Assembly: GCA_018238545.1 (NCBI GenBank)
Contig: JABCTC010000001.1
Location: 32,001 to 96,000, forward strand
Length of the DNA: 64,000 nucleotides
Direction of reading: 5' to 3'
DNA from: Candidatus Heimdallarchaeota archaeon
GTDB taxonomy: Archaea > Asgardarchaeota > Heimdallarchaeia > Heimdallarchaeales > Heimdallarchaeaceae
Below the pieces are notes generated by a model. It made no database searches. It was not told the origin of the DNA and worked only from the letters and a program-made list of their open reading frames with translations. Positions 18,930 to 29,962 of the stretch are shown piece after piece (positions within the stretch are counted from its first letter, which is position 1; the number at the start of each line of letters is the position of its first letter). Both the position numbers and the translations under genes were made by a program.

Positions 18930-19323
18930 TACAAGTGTATTGATTAAATGGTTCGTAGATGAAATAAAATCAGATTCTGCGATAGCCATAAGAGACAGTT
19001 ATATTAAAGGGGAACTGAGTTTACTTGCACCTAATCTGATTTTGTATGAGTTATTGAACGCTTTGAAATATATTAATCTTCACAATCAAAATGAAGTTGA
19101 AAGAATATTTGAAACAATAACAAACTATGGAATAGAGTTTTGTTCTTTAGATACAGAACTAGCTAACAAAACAATAGAAATCGCAATGACTAGTAAGCTA
19201 ACGATATATGATTCTACCTATGTGGCACTTGCGAATTTAAAAAAGGGGAAAATAATTACGGCAGATGAGAAAATGCTGAAAAACACTCCAAAAGAATACA
19301 AAAAATATGTCAAACTTCTATGA
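18910..19323 (+). CDS. vapC: VapC PIN-domain toxin
   Basis: VIDTSVLIKW, YDSTYVALA and ITAD motifs. Confidence 0.92.
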   Translation: METVVIDTSVLIKWFVDEIKSDSAIAIRDSYIKGELSLLAPNLILYELLNALKYINLHNQNEVERIFETITNYGIEFCSLDTELANKTIEIAMTSKLTIYDSTYVALANLKKGKIITADEKMLKNTPKEYKKYVKLL

Positions 19324-19351
19324 TTTGATTAATTAAACACTTTTTTTTCGC

Positions 19352-20200
19352 TTAAAATTTTATTACAAAATCACCTAATTGTTCTAGATATTTCATTCTC
19401 TCTTCAGGTTTAATATCACCTCTAGACAGATCTAAAATCACTCTATTTATCCCATTTTCTTCATACTCAGTAAGCACTGATTCTACATCTGTATCTTTGT
19501 AGATATCAACATGAACAGACAAAAAGAACTCTCTATCCTCTAATTTATCTTTGTAAGGAGAGATTATCTCTTGAATTTCTTTTCCTGTTACACCTGCTGG
19601 ATGTAATCCGTCACCATATTTTATTGCAGTTTCTAGCATATAGTCTGAGCTGCCAGCAACAATTAGTGGTAATTTGGCAAGTTCTGGTCGTATCGGTGTG
19701 AAACAGACATCATGGAATTGATAGTATTTCCCTTCAAAAGATGTCTCACCATTCCACAAAGATTTAATGATTTGTAAACCTTCACGAAGTTTACTACCAC
19801 GTTTCTGGAAATTTTCACCAAGAAAATCAAACTCCTTTTCATTCCATCCCGCACCGAAAGTCATAACCACTCTCCCATTAGTTAAATAATCAAGAGTTGC
19901 TAATTGTTTAGCGACTATGATTGGATTTCTGATAGGTAGAACGAGAGTAGAAACACCAAGTTTTATCTTAGTTGTGTGTACAGCAAGGAAAGCAATAGTT
20001 GTTAAGGGCTCAGTAATTGTGTTATAGAGTGCTGTAGTTGTTTCGCCATAGATAGTCAAACCTTCCTCATTAGCTTGCATGAGATGATCAACTGTCCAAA
20101 GAGATTCAAAACCAGCTTCCTCAGCAATTTTAGCTGATTCAATTAAGTACTTCCTTTCTAAGTTAGCATCGAAATTCTCTAAAGTATAACCTATTTTCAT
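19352..20200 (-). CDS. LLM-class (probably F420-dependent) oxidoreductase
   Basis: GFESLWTVDH, AKQLATLD and GAGW motifs. Confidence 0.9.
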   Translation of the reverse strand: MKIGYTLENFDANLERKYLIESAKIAEEAGFESLWTVDHLMQANEEGLTIYGETTTALYNTITEPLTTIAFLAVHTTKIKLGVSTLVLPIRNPIIVAKQLATLDYLTNGRVVMTFGAGWNEKEFDFLGENFQKRGSKLREGLQIIKSLWNGETSFEGKYYQFHDVCFTPIRPELAKLPLIVAGSSDYMLETAIKYGDGLHPAGVTGKEIQEIISPYKDKLEDREFFLSVHVDIYKDTDVESVLTEYEENGINRVILDLSRGDIKPEERMKYLEQLGDFVIKF

Positions 20201-20328
20201 GATTAGTACAGCATTCTTTGTGTTCAGACAGTAAAAAATGTTTCTAGAAAATAGAAATCAAGCCCTCTTATGTAGAAAAAAAGAAAAAACTAACGTTTCA
20301 ATGATTTATCTAAAATGAAGCAATCGCT

Positions 20329-20538
20329 CTATTTTGTCTCTGTATCTTGTTCCTTTAAGACACCCTTTATTCCCATGTAATAGGAGAAACTAGCCATAAT
20401 AACTAAAACTGCGAATCCAACTATCATATACCATTCTGTGGGTAAGAGTACAAATAAAATGATTGATATTATTATTGAAGGGACAACAAAAGTGATTAAA
20501 GGCATGAATTGTTTGAGTGTATATGTCATTTTTTTCAT
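20329..20538 (-). CDS. Small two-TM membrane protein
   Basis: Two hydrophobic segments. Confidence 0.65.
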   Translation of the reverse strand: MKKMTYTLKQFMPLITFVVPSIIISIILFVLLPTEWYMIVGFAVLVIMASFSYYMGIKGVLKEQDTETK

Positions 20539-20682
20539 CTCTGAATCTGAGTTTCCTGTTTTGGATATACTAATGTTACTTACATTAAAGATTATTTGAA
20601 GCTATCCTTTATCTTGAAAAGATTTGTCTTCACTTCAATTTGTTTGCAATTATTTATAAGTGTAAAATACCTATTTTCATAG

Positions 20683-21834
20683 ATGAAGTTCAAAAAAATT
20701 TATGTTGTTTATGTTGTAATTATTCTTTCTATTGCTATTCTTCTACCTGTTCTTTTAACATTAGACTCTTCTGATGAACCTATTCTTATTTTATCTGATG
20801 AAGATTTTCTAAAATATAATTTTCCAGGTATTGGAACAGTTGACGATCCTTACTTGTTAGAAAACTTGGAAATGACTGATCAAGGAAAATACAGAACTAC
20901 TGCAATTTATATTAGAAATACTACCAAGCACTTCATTATCCAAAACTGCATAATATCAAATTTTGCTAGAGGCATATACATTCTTAATGTAGCAAATAAT
21001 ACTGCGCAGATATTAAACAATCATATTGATACTGACGACATTATATCTGGAAGTTTATCTGTATACGATTGTGATTCTATCCTAATTTCTAATAATACAA
21101 TTGTGGATTCATATACAGCAATTTACATGATCGAATGTGATTATTCAGAAATTTCTCAAAATACTTTGTATCATAATAGATTAGGAATTGATATTTACAC
21201 TTCTTATGGTGTCGATGTCTTATTGAATAATTGTAGTTACAATATTAATGGAATCACTCTTCATAGTTCAAACTCAATAAACATTTTAAATAATATTTTT
21301 AATTCTAATTTTGTATGGTGGGATCTTGAACCTGACCCTACCAGTTTAGGAAATGGAATAACTATCTATTCAGGTTCTAACCTTCAAATCCTTAATAATT
21401 CTTTTTCAGAAAACAGTAGATATGGAATTTATGCAGCAAACCTTCAGTGGAGTACAATTTCTTTTAATAATATTAGTTATAATAGATTAGCAATTGACCA
21501 TGGATATGGGATTTCATTAGATCAATCTCATAACAATTCTATAACTTATAATCTAATTGAAGAAAACAGAAAATATGGTATTTATTTCTATCAATCTAGG
21601 GCTAATATTGTTCATCACAATGCATTTATTCAAAATGGTGATTCAGTAACAAAAAATGCTTATTCTTACTCTTATTGTAACAACACATGGTTTGATGTTT
21701 ATAGCTTGGAAGGTAATTATTGGCAAGGGTGGAACACAAGTCTTCCCTTCTTGGTTCAAGAAGAATCAAATGTTGATCCTTATCCTCTTTATACTAATCC
21801 AGTCAATTTAGAGCTTTATGTCCTTAAATTCTAA
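20683..21834 (+). CDS. NosD-like right-handed beta-helix surface protein
   Basis: N-terminal TM; GTVDDPY; repeated Asn/Gly-Ile strands; GNYW. Confidence 0.85.
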   Translation: MKFKKIYVVYVVIILSIAILLPVLLTLDSSDEPILILSDEDFLKYNFPGIGTVDDPYLLENLEMTDQGKYRTTAIYIRNTTKHFIIQNCIISNFARGIYILNVANNTAQILNNHIDTDDIISGSLSVYDCDSILISNNTIVDSYTAIYMIECDYSEISQNTLYHNRLGIDIYTSYGVDVLLNNCSYNINGITLHSSNSINILNNIFNSNFVWWDLEPDPTSLGNGITIYSGSNLQILNNSFSENSRYGIYAANLQWSTISFNNISYNRLAIDHGYGISLDQSHNNSITYNLIEENRKYGIYFYQSRANIVHHNAFIQNGDSVTKNAYSYSYCNNTWFDVYSLEGNYWQGWNTSLPFLVQEESNVDPYPLYTNPVNLELYVLKF

Positions 21835-21991
21835 ATGTAGATTAAATAGAAAAACAATTTTTTTCTTTTTGTAACTCTTGAAGAAATAAGAAAAATACCT
21901 ATTACATTGTGGGTGTTGATTTAGGTTTTCAGAGTACATTTCAAGAAAGCCATCCGAGCACTTATAAACATTATATCTCAAAGATATAACA

Positions 21992-22996
21992 TTGGTTGAT
22001 TACATGAGATGGCGAGAAGAAACAGATTTCAACAATATTGCTAGTTTTCTAGGGCAATTGTTTGGGGCAGATTCAAAAGAAATAAACGAAAGGTTCGTTA
22101 ATTTAGAAGAAATGTTTGTTCTCAAATTTGTCGATGATGATGAAGCAATTCATGGAGCCATTATATCCATTAGAGATAACAAGGAGCCTTCAATTGTAGA
22201 ATTGATCTATACTGCTTTTGAGGTAGATTTTGATTTCGAGCTTCACAACCCTTTTCAGCGTTTAATTAACTATTCCAAAACTGAATATATCGATTTTATT
22301 TATACAAGCACATACGTCACCGAAAACAGTTTTGTAAATGTAGATTTAGATTATCTTAGCAATTATTTAACCACTCTTGAAAGAGTTACCATGAATTTAG
22401 ATGAAAAGAAATACAAGTCTATTTGGTACGATGAAACTGGAGACAAATTAGATATCTTGAAGTATGATTACCTTAAACCCAATCAATCCATAAAGCTCTC
22501 AAAAGGAAGGAAATCCGCCAAATTCAAGATGTTTGGGTTGCAAGATGTAACTCCTGAACAGATAGCTGTTCTCCAAAGGAAGGTCTATTCAGCCACAGAA
22601 TTCGAAGACAATCTCCACATCCTTTCAAAAGAAAAATCTGACTATAATTTGTTGCATACCTCTCGTTTACTAAATAGTTACTATGGAGAGCTTGATGAGG
22701 ATATTTCTTTGCTAGCAATGACAGATAAAGGAAAACTTGCAGGCTATATTCTAGGCATGAAATCTTTCATCAAGAGTGGATTTATAATCGATTTTGCTGT
22801 AGACCCAACTTTCCAAGGTTATGGTCTAGGTAAGGTTCTTTTCCGTAATGCCATAATCAAATATTTTGAGAAGTTCAACTGTGAAAATGTAGGCGTAGAA
22901 GTAACACTATCTAATGAGAAAACGATAAATCTATTTTTATCAAACGGTTTTGAGATAGTTACTACAGGAAAAGAAGGAATACTGGTTATCAAATAA
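21992..22996 (+). CDS. GNAT acetyltransferase (C-terminal domain)
   Basis: AVDPTFQGYGLG motif A. Confidence 0.8.
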   Translation: MVDYMRWREETDFNNIASFLGQLFGADSKEINERFVNLEEMFVLKFVDDDEAIHGAIISIRDNKEPSIVELIYTAFEVDFDFELHNPFQRLINYSKTEYIDFIYTSTYVTENSFVNVDLDYLSNYLTTLERVTMNLDEKKYKSIWYDETGDKLDILKYDYLKPNQSIKLSKGRKSAKFKMFGLQDVTPEQIAVLQRKVYSATEFEDNLHILSKEKSDYNLLHTSRLLNSYYGELDEDISLLAMTDKGKLAGYILGMKSFIKSGFIIDFAVDPTFQGYGLGKVLFRNAIIKYFEKFNCENVGVEVTLSNEKTINLFLSNGFEIVTTGKEGILVIK

Positions 22997-23018
22997 GATT
23001 GTTCGGGATATTAGGAAT

Positions 23019-23798
23019 TTATTCAAACTCAAATTCAGCGATTTCTCCGCCTACAATGTGATAGTGAATATCTATCCTTTGTTCTTCAGGTATCTTCTCT
23101 TTGTCCATTTCTTTAGCTATTTCCTCTTTTAATCTAGCAAAATTAATCGCAATATCATTTAAGAAACTAAGAATTTGGAACAGATGTCTAGGTTTAGCAA
23201 TCTTCATGTCCAAAGGAAAATTGGCTATACTTCCAAAGGGATACTCTTTGTTTTTTGGCTTAGCTCCTTCTTTGAAAGCTTTTTCAGCGTTTCCCATATT
23301 GTTTAGCATTATATTCTCCAAATTGTGATTATATGCCAGACTTCTCCTTTCTTTTTCTGTCATATTGCCTAGATCTGGATGGTTTGCAATCATTCTTAGA
23401 TAAATATTCGCAATTTCTTCATCTGTCTGTTCTAATATCTCTTTAAACGCTTCCGGTAATTTTGTTTCTAGAGTGTCTAAAGGCGGTTCTCCAAAATTCC
23501 TTTCAGCTATTTTGGAAAGTTTGTAAAAAATTCCTTTATTCTCCCGAGTCTTCTTGTTATCCACTATTAATAATTCGGGTTCTCTGGTTAAATCTTTTAA
23601 ATGATGATAAATTGTAGCCTCATTCTTCCCCAGAATCCTTGCAAGTTTTTTGATATTTGATGATCCAAAGTTATTAATCGCTAATATTATAGCATACCTC
23701 GTTTCAACCTTGTAAACTTCATTCACTCTATCTAGCGTTTTCTTTCCTTGTGCCTTCAGTTTCTTGTAGTCTACTTTGATTTTTTTTGGTTTGCTCAT
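23019..23798 (-). CDS. Winged-helix transcriptional regulator
   Basis: LARILGKNEATIYHHLKDL; divergent from a GNAT gene. Confidence 0.8.
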   Translation of the reverse strand: MSKPKKIKVDYKKLKAQGKKTLDRVNEVYKVETRYAIILAINNFGSSNIKKLARILGKNEATIYHHLKDLTREPELLIVDNKKTRENKGIFYKLSKIAERNFGEPPLDTLETKLPEAFKEILEQTDEEIANIYLRMIANHPDLGNMTEKERRSLAYNHNLENIMLNNMGNAEKAFKEGAKPKNKEYPFGSIANFPLDMKIAKPRHLFQILSFLNDIAINFARLKEEIAKEMDKEKIPEEQRIDIHYHIVGGEIAEFEFE

Positions 23799-23956
23799 TT
23801 CTAAGTCGCCTTGTAATCCTCTTTATTTGTACTCTTACTAAAACTATATAAATTTAACCATCAAATTGTTTTGATATCCAAATGTTTAAATACCTCGTGC
23901 TAAAATAAAGATTTAATGATTAAATTATTATCATCACCAAATCATAAAAGGTGTAA

Positions 23957-24979
23957 ATGATGAATGCAAAGATTAAGACTGAAAAAGGCGAATTAAAGAT
24001 ACGAGAATGGGATTTTGAGAAAGATCATGAGGATGTCATTAAACTATTAGATATTGTTTTTGAAAAAGAATTGGAATCAAAGGGATTGAATGTTAAGGTA
24101 ATATTTGATGAATTCAAATCAATACTTCCTCTCATGAAATTCATGGGTGTTTTTTCTAAAAACTTTAAACACACACTAGATGGGTACGTTTTCGAAAACG
24201 AAGATGGAGAAATTGTTGCATCAGTAAATATAGGTTATGGCATCTTTCATTGGGAAGTTGCAATGGTAGCTACTCATCCCGATTATAGACGTCGAGGGTT
24301 AGCGAGACAACTTGTAACTGCATCGATCGTTCATGCTAAGGAACTTGGCGCTAAGTTAATTGTGTTAGAAGTGTTAGACATAAATGAACCTGCTTACAAA
24401 TTATACCGTAGTTTAGGTTTTGTTCATTATGATAGTTTAACTAGATTAAAATTAGACTTTGGTAAACTTTCTGATATTCCTTCAATAGCTCTTCCAGAAG
24501 GCTATGAACTTCGAGAATTTACTAGAAGCAAGACAACTAATCAAGCAAGATATGATTTAGACATGAGAGTAACTCCTGAAGATGTGCAAGTTTTTCATCC
24601 TGTAGATAGAAAGAAATATTTCAAACCTCTTATGATTCGAATGGTACGACCCATTGCTAAAATTCTACTCAAGATGAAACGTTTTAATTGGTTAATCTAT
24701 TATGGAGACAATCTTGTAGGAGATGTTGCAGTGTATCCTAGTAGAAAAGAAGGTTCTCCTCACAGAATAGATTTGATGCTTGATCCAGCTCATAGTGAAA
24801 TCCTTTCAGAACCGATGATATCTCATTGTTTAATGACACTAAGTAATAATACAACCAATGAAGTAAATACGCTTGTGGAGTTTAGAACATCTGATGCAAA
24901 ACAACTGGATACAACAAGAAAGTATGGTTTTGTTGATGTCGAAATTATGCATCTTTTAGGGTTGAAAATTGAGGAATAA
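23957..24979 (+). CDS. GNAT acetyltransferase
   Basis: VATHPDYRRRGLA and AYKLYRSLGF motifs. Confidence 0.88.
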   Translation: MMNAKIKTEKGELKIREWDFEKDHEDVIKLLDIVFEKELESKGLNVKVIFDEFKSILPLMKFMGVFSKNFKHTLDGYVFENEDGEIVASVNIGYGIFHWEVAMVATHPDYRRRGLARQLVTASIVHAKELGAKLIVLEVLDINEPAYKLYRSLGFVHYDSLTRLKLDFGKLSDIPSIALPEGYELREFTRSKTTNQARYDLDMRVTPEDVQVFHPVDRKKYFKPLMIRMVRPIAKILLKMKRFNWLIYYGDNLVGDVAVYPSRKEGSPHRIDLMLDPAHSEILSEPMISHCLMTLSNNTTNEVNTLVEFRTSDAKQLDTTRKYGFVDVEIMHLLGLKIEE

Positions 24980-25046
24980 CCTCAATCATTTCTTTTTTCA
25001 ATGAATCTTAACTAAAGATATTTTAAATCAGTTTACTTTAGGATAG

Positions 25047-26246
25047 ATGATGCGGTTCAACAAGAAGTATCTCCTCTTAGCTATCACTTTCATTTTTTAT
25101 GTGCTTCTGAGTGTTCTCATTGAACCTGATCTATTATACAACTATGACTTTCTGATCCCTTGGTATGCTGCACTTTACATAACAAGAGGAGTCCCTCTTT
25201 ACGAACAACCTGAATTCAAGATAATTAACGGTGAATCGATAGCCTTCCCCTATCATCTACCCATCTATATCTATTTCTTAGCCTCTTTAATCTGGGTTTT
25301 TGGTGAAAGTTTCATAGCAGGCAAAATAAGCCTCGTAATTTTCGTTTTCTGCGATGCTATCCTTATTGAACAACTAATACACAAGAAGCTTTCAGAAGAA
25401 GTAAAGGAAAAAAAAGTATGGAAATATTTTAGTCTAATAATTCTTCTCAATCCATTGATTATAATTTATACATTCACGGGGCAATTTGACAGTTTACCCA
25501 TACTCTTTTTTCTTGTCAGCTATTATTTCTTCGATAAAATAGAGGGAGAAACAAATTACAAGACCGTTCTTTACTCCTTTCTTTCAGGTCTATCTTTGGG
25601 TGTAGGTTTCTTAACGAAAATAATTCCAGTACTTCTCGCACCCGTAATATTTCTAGTACTTATTTTCAAGAAAAAATATGTTGAAACAGCAGTGTTTACT
25701 GTAACCTTTTTGGGTTTCAGTGGAGGGATGTTAACCTATCTGTTCATAGTTTATCCTTTCATAAAATATTTAGGTATTGGATGGCAGATTGAGCGGGGAG
25801 CTAATTCCATGAGTGTTTACTATTATCTCTTTGATCTAAATTTCAATCTTAACGTGATTCTGATTGGAGTAGGTATGTTCGCTTTAACAGCATTTTTCAT
25901 CTTCGAACTTTACAAAAAGAAGAAACTGGATTTATTCATGTTCTCTGGAATTTATGTCCTTTCCTTCTTCTTACTCTATAGAATTTTTTATCCTCACTAT
26001 TTACTCTGGGTAATTCCTTATCTTTCAATTATCGTAACAAAATATATAGAGAAAAAACAATTTAGAAATATGATTTTACTTTTCAGTGTAATTTTCATTG
26101 AAGTTATTGCAATTATTTTGTGGTATTTGGAATTTTTTGGTTTATATCAACTTCCGTTTTGGGCTTTATTGACAATTTCTTTCTTTAATATGGGTTGTTT
26201 GATCTATTATCTATATCTATTTTTTATGTTTAGAGAAGAATCTTGA
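25047..26246 (+). CDS. GT-C fold membrane glycosyltransferase (GT87-like)
   Basis: About 10 TMs; PLY, FPY, LNP, GQFD and PHYLLW motifs. Confidence 0.7.
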   Translation: MMRFNKKYLLLAITFIFYVLLSVLIEPDLLYNYDFLIPWYAALYITRGVPLYEQPEFKIINGESIAFPYHLPIYIYFLASLIWVFGESFIAGKISLVIFVFCDAILIEQLIHKKLSEEVKEKKVWKYFSLIILLNPLIIIYTFTGQFDSLPILFFLVSYYFFDKIEGETNYKTVLYSFLSGLSLGVGFLTKIIPVLLAPVIFLVLIFKKKYVETAVFTVTFLGFSGGMLTYLFIVYPFIKYLGIGWQIERGANSMSVYYYLFDLNFNLNVILIGVGMFALTAFFIFELYKKKKLDLFMFSGIYVLSFFLLYRIFYPHYLLWVIPYLSIIVTKYIEKKQFRNMILLFSVIFIEVIAIILWYLEFFGLYQLPFWALLTISFFNMGCLIYYLYLFFMFREES

Positions 26247-27347
26247 AAATAGAAACTGTTTCTCTTCTCTTCTTTTTGTTGCATCTATTCGTTTGAAGTT
26301 ATCCAAGAAAATTTCCAAAAATAGTTGTTCATCCTTTTCAGTAAGTACAGAAGCAGATTCCAGATACTCTAAGTTGGTTTTTTTATCGAATTCTCTGAAA
26401 GCTGTATAAGTTGCAGAAATACAATTATTATCGATTTTTCTCCCTATTACTAAGCAGTTGAAGCTTCCTACATTCATGAACTTGAATTCTTTATCTTTCA
26501 TTTTAAGTGTCCTTGGTGTTTCAGGAGATTTTATGCTTTCAGAAATAACTTTTGTTCCGGCTAAAATTAATTGAATCTCTTCTAGCTCCCTAACAATCTT
26601 ATTTTCTATCAAATCTAGTCTTATCAGAGGTTGTCTAAGCTTATTCACGAGAATTATTTCTTCAGGAAGAATAATTGTTGCTAACAAACTTAGAGGATTT
26701 TTAAAGAGGGTCAAACCAAGGAGAAAGAATGCTATTGGAAGAACAAATATTCTAACTACTTTCATAGAATCTATAAAAGCTGCAATAATCCAAAATATTA
26801 GCAACATAAATGCTACTATACTAAGATTCATCCTTTTATTGTGTCTTAGTTTTCTGATGCTTCTTTTTGAATTTAAAACGAAATATGAGAACAAAATCAA
26901 AGAAGAGATTGCTGTCATTATTGGTATCATAATACTGTCAAAATTAACAGCCCAAAAAGCATTGCCAACGGAAATGAGTTGATTGTACTCAATATCGGTA
27001 GATAAAATCATTGTAGCTCCAACAATAAGAGCAGCTAAATAAGTATAGACTGGTAATCTGTCTTCTCTTATCATGATCATTCCACTAAAAATTGAAAGCA
27101 AAGACAAACTAATGGAAATATTTGCAATAATTATAAACCACACTACTACAACACTTGCAACTGTATAGAAACTTGCTACGCTTATACATACGTTTGCAAC
27201 TAAGCCTAAGACAATCCCAGCTAAGATGTGTATATAAGCAATATTTTTTGTTACTATTATTGCTTGAATGAATGCATAGATTGAGTATCCTATAAGTAAG
27301 ATAGTTTCAATCATCAGTATCAATGCTGGAATTTGCATGCTAATCAA
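26217..27347 (-). CDS. Multi-TM (about 7) protein with C-terminal longin-like domain, paralog A
   Basis: Hydrophobic N-terminal ~225 aa plus soluble tail; paralog of 27376. Confidence 0.65.
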   Translation of the reverse strand: MISMQIPALILMIETILLIGYSIYAFIQAIIVTKNIAYIHILAGIVLGLVANVCISVASFYTVASVVVVWFIIIANISISLSLLSIFSGMIMIREDRLPVYTYLAALIVGATMILSTDIEYNQLISVGNAFWAVNFDSIMIPIMTAISSLILFSYFVLNSKRSIRKLRHNKRMNLSIVAFMLLIFWIIAAFIDSMKVVRIFVLPIAFFLLGLTLFKNPLSLLATIILPEEIILVNKLRQPLIRLDLIENKIVRELEEIQLILAGTKVISESIKSPETPRTLKMKDKEFKFMNVGSFNCLVIGRKIDNNCISATYTAFREFDKKTNLEYLESASVLTEKDEQLFLEIFLDNFKRIDATKRREEKQFLFSRFFSKHKK

Positions 27348-27375
27348 TTCTCAAATAATTTGCTTTCTATTAAAT

Positions 27376-28518
27376 TTATTCGTTAGAATTTTCATTTGTT
27401 TCCATTAGAAACTTTCTTTTTTTTCTTCCATCAATTCTCTTAAAATGCTTTGCGAATATGTTGGTGAACAGAGTTTCATCTGATTCATTTAGGACTGAAG
27501 ATGATGCTACATAATCTAAATCTGTTTTTGATTCAAAGTCTCTGAAGGCAGTTTTTACTGCTGAAACAACATTACTATTTATTTTTATACCTACAGAAAT
27601 AACATAGAAATTTTTTAGATATATGATTTTAACTTCTCTATTTTTCATTATTAGTTCGCTGGGAGCTTCATTAGCTTTAACAGAATCAGAAATGACTTTT
27701 TTTCCAGCTATGAGCAATCGAATTTCTTCGATATTTCTATCGATCTCATTTTTCTGAACATTGTATCTAATCACAGGTTGTCTGTGCTTTGTCACAAGAG
27801 TGATTTCTGAAGGCAATATGTTTGTAACTAACAAGTTTAATGGATCTAAGAACACAGCAAACCCTAGTAAGCCTAAAGATACGGGGAAAAGGAAAAATCG
27901 AAAAGCGCTTAGCTCACTGAGGAAAGCTGTAATTATCCATATCGCTAAGATGAAGATGGCTATGAAACCAATATCAAGGTTTTTGATGCTCTTTATTTTT
28001 TGGCTTTTTGTAATCAAATATAATATAAGATATGTGAAGAATACTATTTGACTAATAATTAATAATATCCAAAAGGAAATCGGTAATGGCTCCTTTAAAT
28101 AATCAACTTTCCAGACATTATAGATATCATTATACTCGAGATTTCCTGCATTTATTTTCGTTACTAAAGCAGTTGAAGCACCTATCAGAAGTGCAGCAAT
28201 ATAAGAGAAAATCGGTAATTTATCTTCTCGGATGAAAATTAGGCCATTAAAAATTGAAAAAAGTGAAAGTGAGAAACAAATGTTTGTAATTATGATAACT
28301 ATTAGCACAGTTTGGTTGTAAATTTCCTCATTAGGAAATAAGTTAGCTATACTTGCACATAGACTTGCAAAGAAACCTAAGACTACTCCAATTCCTATAT
28401 GCAAATACCCTGCATTTCTAGTTATCAAAAATGCTCTCGTAAATGAAAATATAGCAAATCCAATAAATAGAATTGTTACAATGAGTAAGATAAACGCAGT
28501 TATAGATGCTATAGCCAT
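27376..28518 (-). CDS. Multi-TM (about 7) protein with C-terminal longin-like domain, paralog B
   Basis: Shares IREDxLP, RQP, KTxLxY and FKRID motifs with 26217. Confidence 0.65.
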   Translation of the reverse strand: MAIASITAFILLIVTILFIGFAIFSFTRAFLITRNAGYLHIGIGVVLGFFASLCASIANLFPNEEIYNQTVLIVIIITNICFSLSLFSIFNGLIFIREDKLPIFSYIAALLIGASTALVTKINAGNLEYNDIYNVWKVDYLKEPLPISFWILLIISQIVFFTYLILYLITKSQKIKSIKNLDIGFIAIFILAIWIITAFLSELSAFRFFLFPVSLGLLGFAVFLDPLNLLVTNILPSEITLVTKHRQPVIRYNVQKNEIDRNIEEIRLLIAGKKVISDSVKANEAPSELIMKNREVKIIYLKNFYVISVGIKINSNVVSAVKTAFRDFESKTDLDYVASSSVLNESDETLFTNIFAKHFKRIDGRKKRKFLMETNENSNE

Positions 28519-28606
28519 CGATAAAATCTGCTAAAGTGGTCACTTTTAAATCTAATCTTAATACCAATAGACTGGAAATGTAAGATTAAAAGAGTAGATA
28601 TGCCTC

Positions 28607-29866
28607 CTATTTTTTCTTCAAACTCAGTTTTATAGATGTTAATAGTAGTGGCACTGCAAGTTTTGGTTTGAAGAAACTCAATTTTGATTGAGAACCTGTC
28701 ATTATTTTAGCCCACATTATCATATAACTAGGACCTTTATCATTACACAATTGCGCAAAAGCATCAATGAAAATGGGTTTTTTAACTAAAACTTTCACCA
28801 TTCGGGTAGACCATTTGAAATCTCTTCCAAAAGTTTTCATCCATTTTTTCTGATATTTTTTCAGACTTTTTTTACTCAAATCATTTTTGTCAAATGCTTC
28901 ATCTAGAACATTCGCGGCAATTTCTCCTGCATCCATAGCGTACTGTATACCTTCTCCAGTTAATGGATCGATCATACCAGCAGCATCACCAACAATTAAC
29001 AGATGATTGTCATAACTTCTCTTTACTCCTCCTAATCTCAAAGGGGCTGAATTCATTGGCTCTATCTTTGCTTTAGGTCCTAGAGCTCTTGATAAATATG
29101 GTTCACCAGATAGGAAACTTAGATGAACATGTTGAAGATCACTTGTTTTGTATCTCCCACCAGGTATAATATAGCAACAGAAAACTAAATCCCCATCTGC
29201 TTCTTTGAACAAAGCTGTATACCCGGGAAGAATGTCTTGAGTGTATAAGCAGACTCCATCTTCCTTGTACTGATGTGTGCCCGCTTTGATGTAGACACTG
29301 CTGCAAACTGCTTGAGGTGGAGTGTTGATAATACCTAAAGATCGAGCAATTTTCGAGACAGCTCCATCAGCTGCAATCAGAACTTTAGCTTTGATCTTAT
29401 TTTGTTTTTTATCATGAGGAATAATCGTCCAGAGTTGTTGTTTCTCAGAAAATTTTACTTCCTTTACATTGTACTCATCAATTAACTCAGCTCCTTCTCT
29501 TTTAGCTGCTAAGACCATTTTGTAATCCATAATCTCTCTTTTAATTGAAATCATAAGATGACTGCCAATTTCCTCTGCTGAGTTGTCGATATAGGTGATT
29601 CTTCTTGGGCTTATTAACCCTCCAATTTCGGCCCAGTGCCCCTTATTCTCCTCTAGTATCTCTTGAAGAACACCCATTGTATTCAAATGTTCTTGAGCTA
29701 TTTGTGAGATAGCGTCTCCGCAGATTTTTCTTCTGGGAAGTTTCTCTTTATCTAAAATTACAACACTCCTACCTAATTTGGATAAATAGAAAGCAGCTGA
29801 TGATCCACTAGGTCCAGAACCAATAATAGCTACTTCATAGATCTTATCAGAATTTATCTTTGACAT
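28607..29866 (-). CDS. Geranylgeranyl reductase family flavoprotein
   Basis: GSGPSG, PRRKICGD, AADG and GDAAGMIDPLTGEGI motifs. Confidence 0.9.
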   Translation of the reverse strand: MSKINSDKIYEVAIIGSGPSGSSAAFYLSKLGRSVVILDKEKLPRRKICGDAISQIAQEHLNTMGVLQEILEENKGHWAEIGGLISPRRITYIDNSAEEIGSHLMISIKREIMDYKMVLAAKREGAELIDEYNVKEVKFSEKQQLWTIIPHDKKQNKIKAKVLIAADGAVSKIARSLGIINTPPQAVCSSVYIKAGTHQYKEDGVCLYTQDILPGYTALFKEADGDLVFCCYIIPGGRYKTSDLQHVHLSFLSGEPYLSRALGPKAKIEPMNSAPLRLGGVKRSYDNHLLIVGDAAGMIDPLTGEGIQYAMDAGEIAANVLDEAFDKNDLSKKSLKKYQKKWMKTFGRDFKWSTRMVKVLVKKPIFIDAFAQLCNDKGPSYMIMWAKIMTGSQSKLSFFKPKLAVPLLLTSIKLSLKKK

Positions 29867-29962
29867 CTTATCAATCTAATTTAGAAATTAGGTTTAATTT
29901 AAATTTGGTGCTGGGTATTTTTTAGCAAAAACTTTTAGAAACAAAAAGACTAATGATGGTTA

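Noticed and set aside
18574-19351. Gene-end duplication around vapBC
   Set aside because: No duplicated flank found by eye, so not every TA pair here follows the pattern.
20250-20290. AATCAAGCCCTC as a sixth array repeat
   Set aside because: No hairpin, poor match and on the wrong side of the anchor gene.
21880-21990. YIVGVDLG peptide suggesting a RuvC or kinase remnant
   Set aside because: About 35 codons with no start; could be chance.
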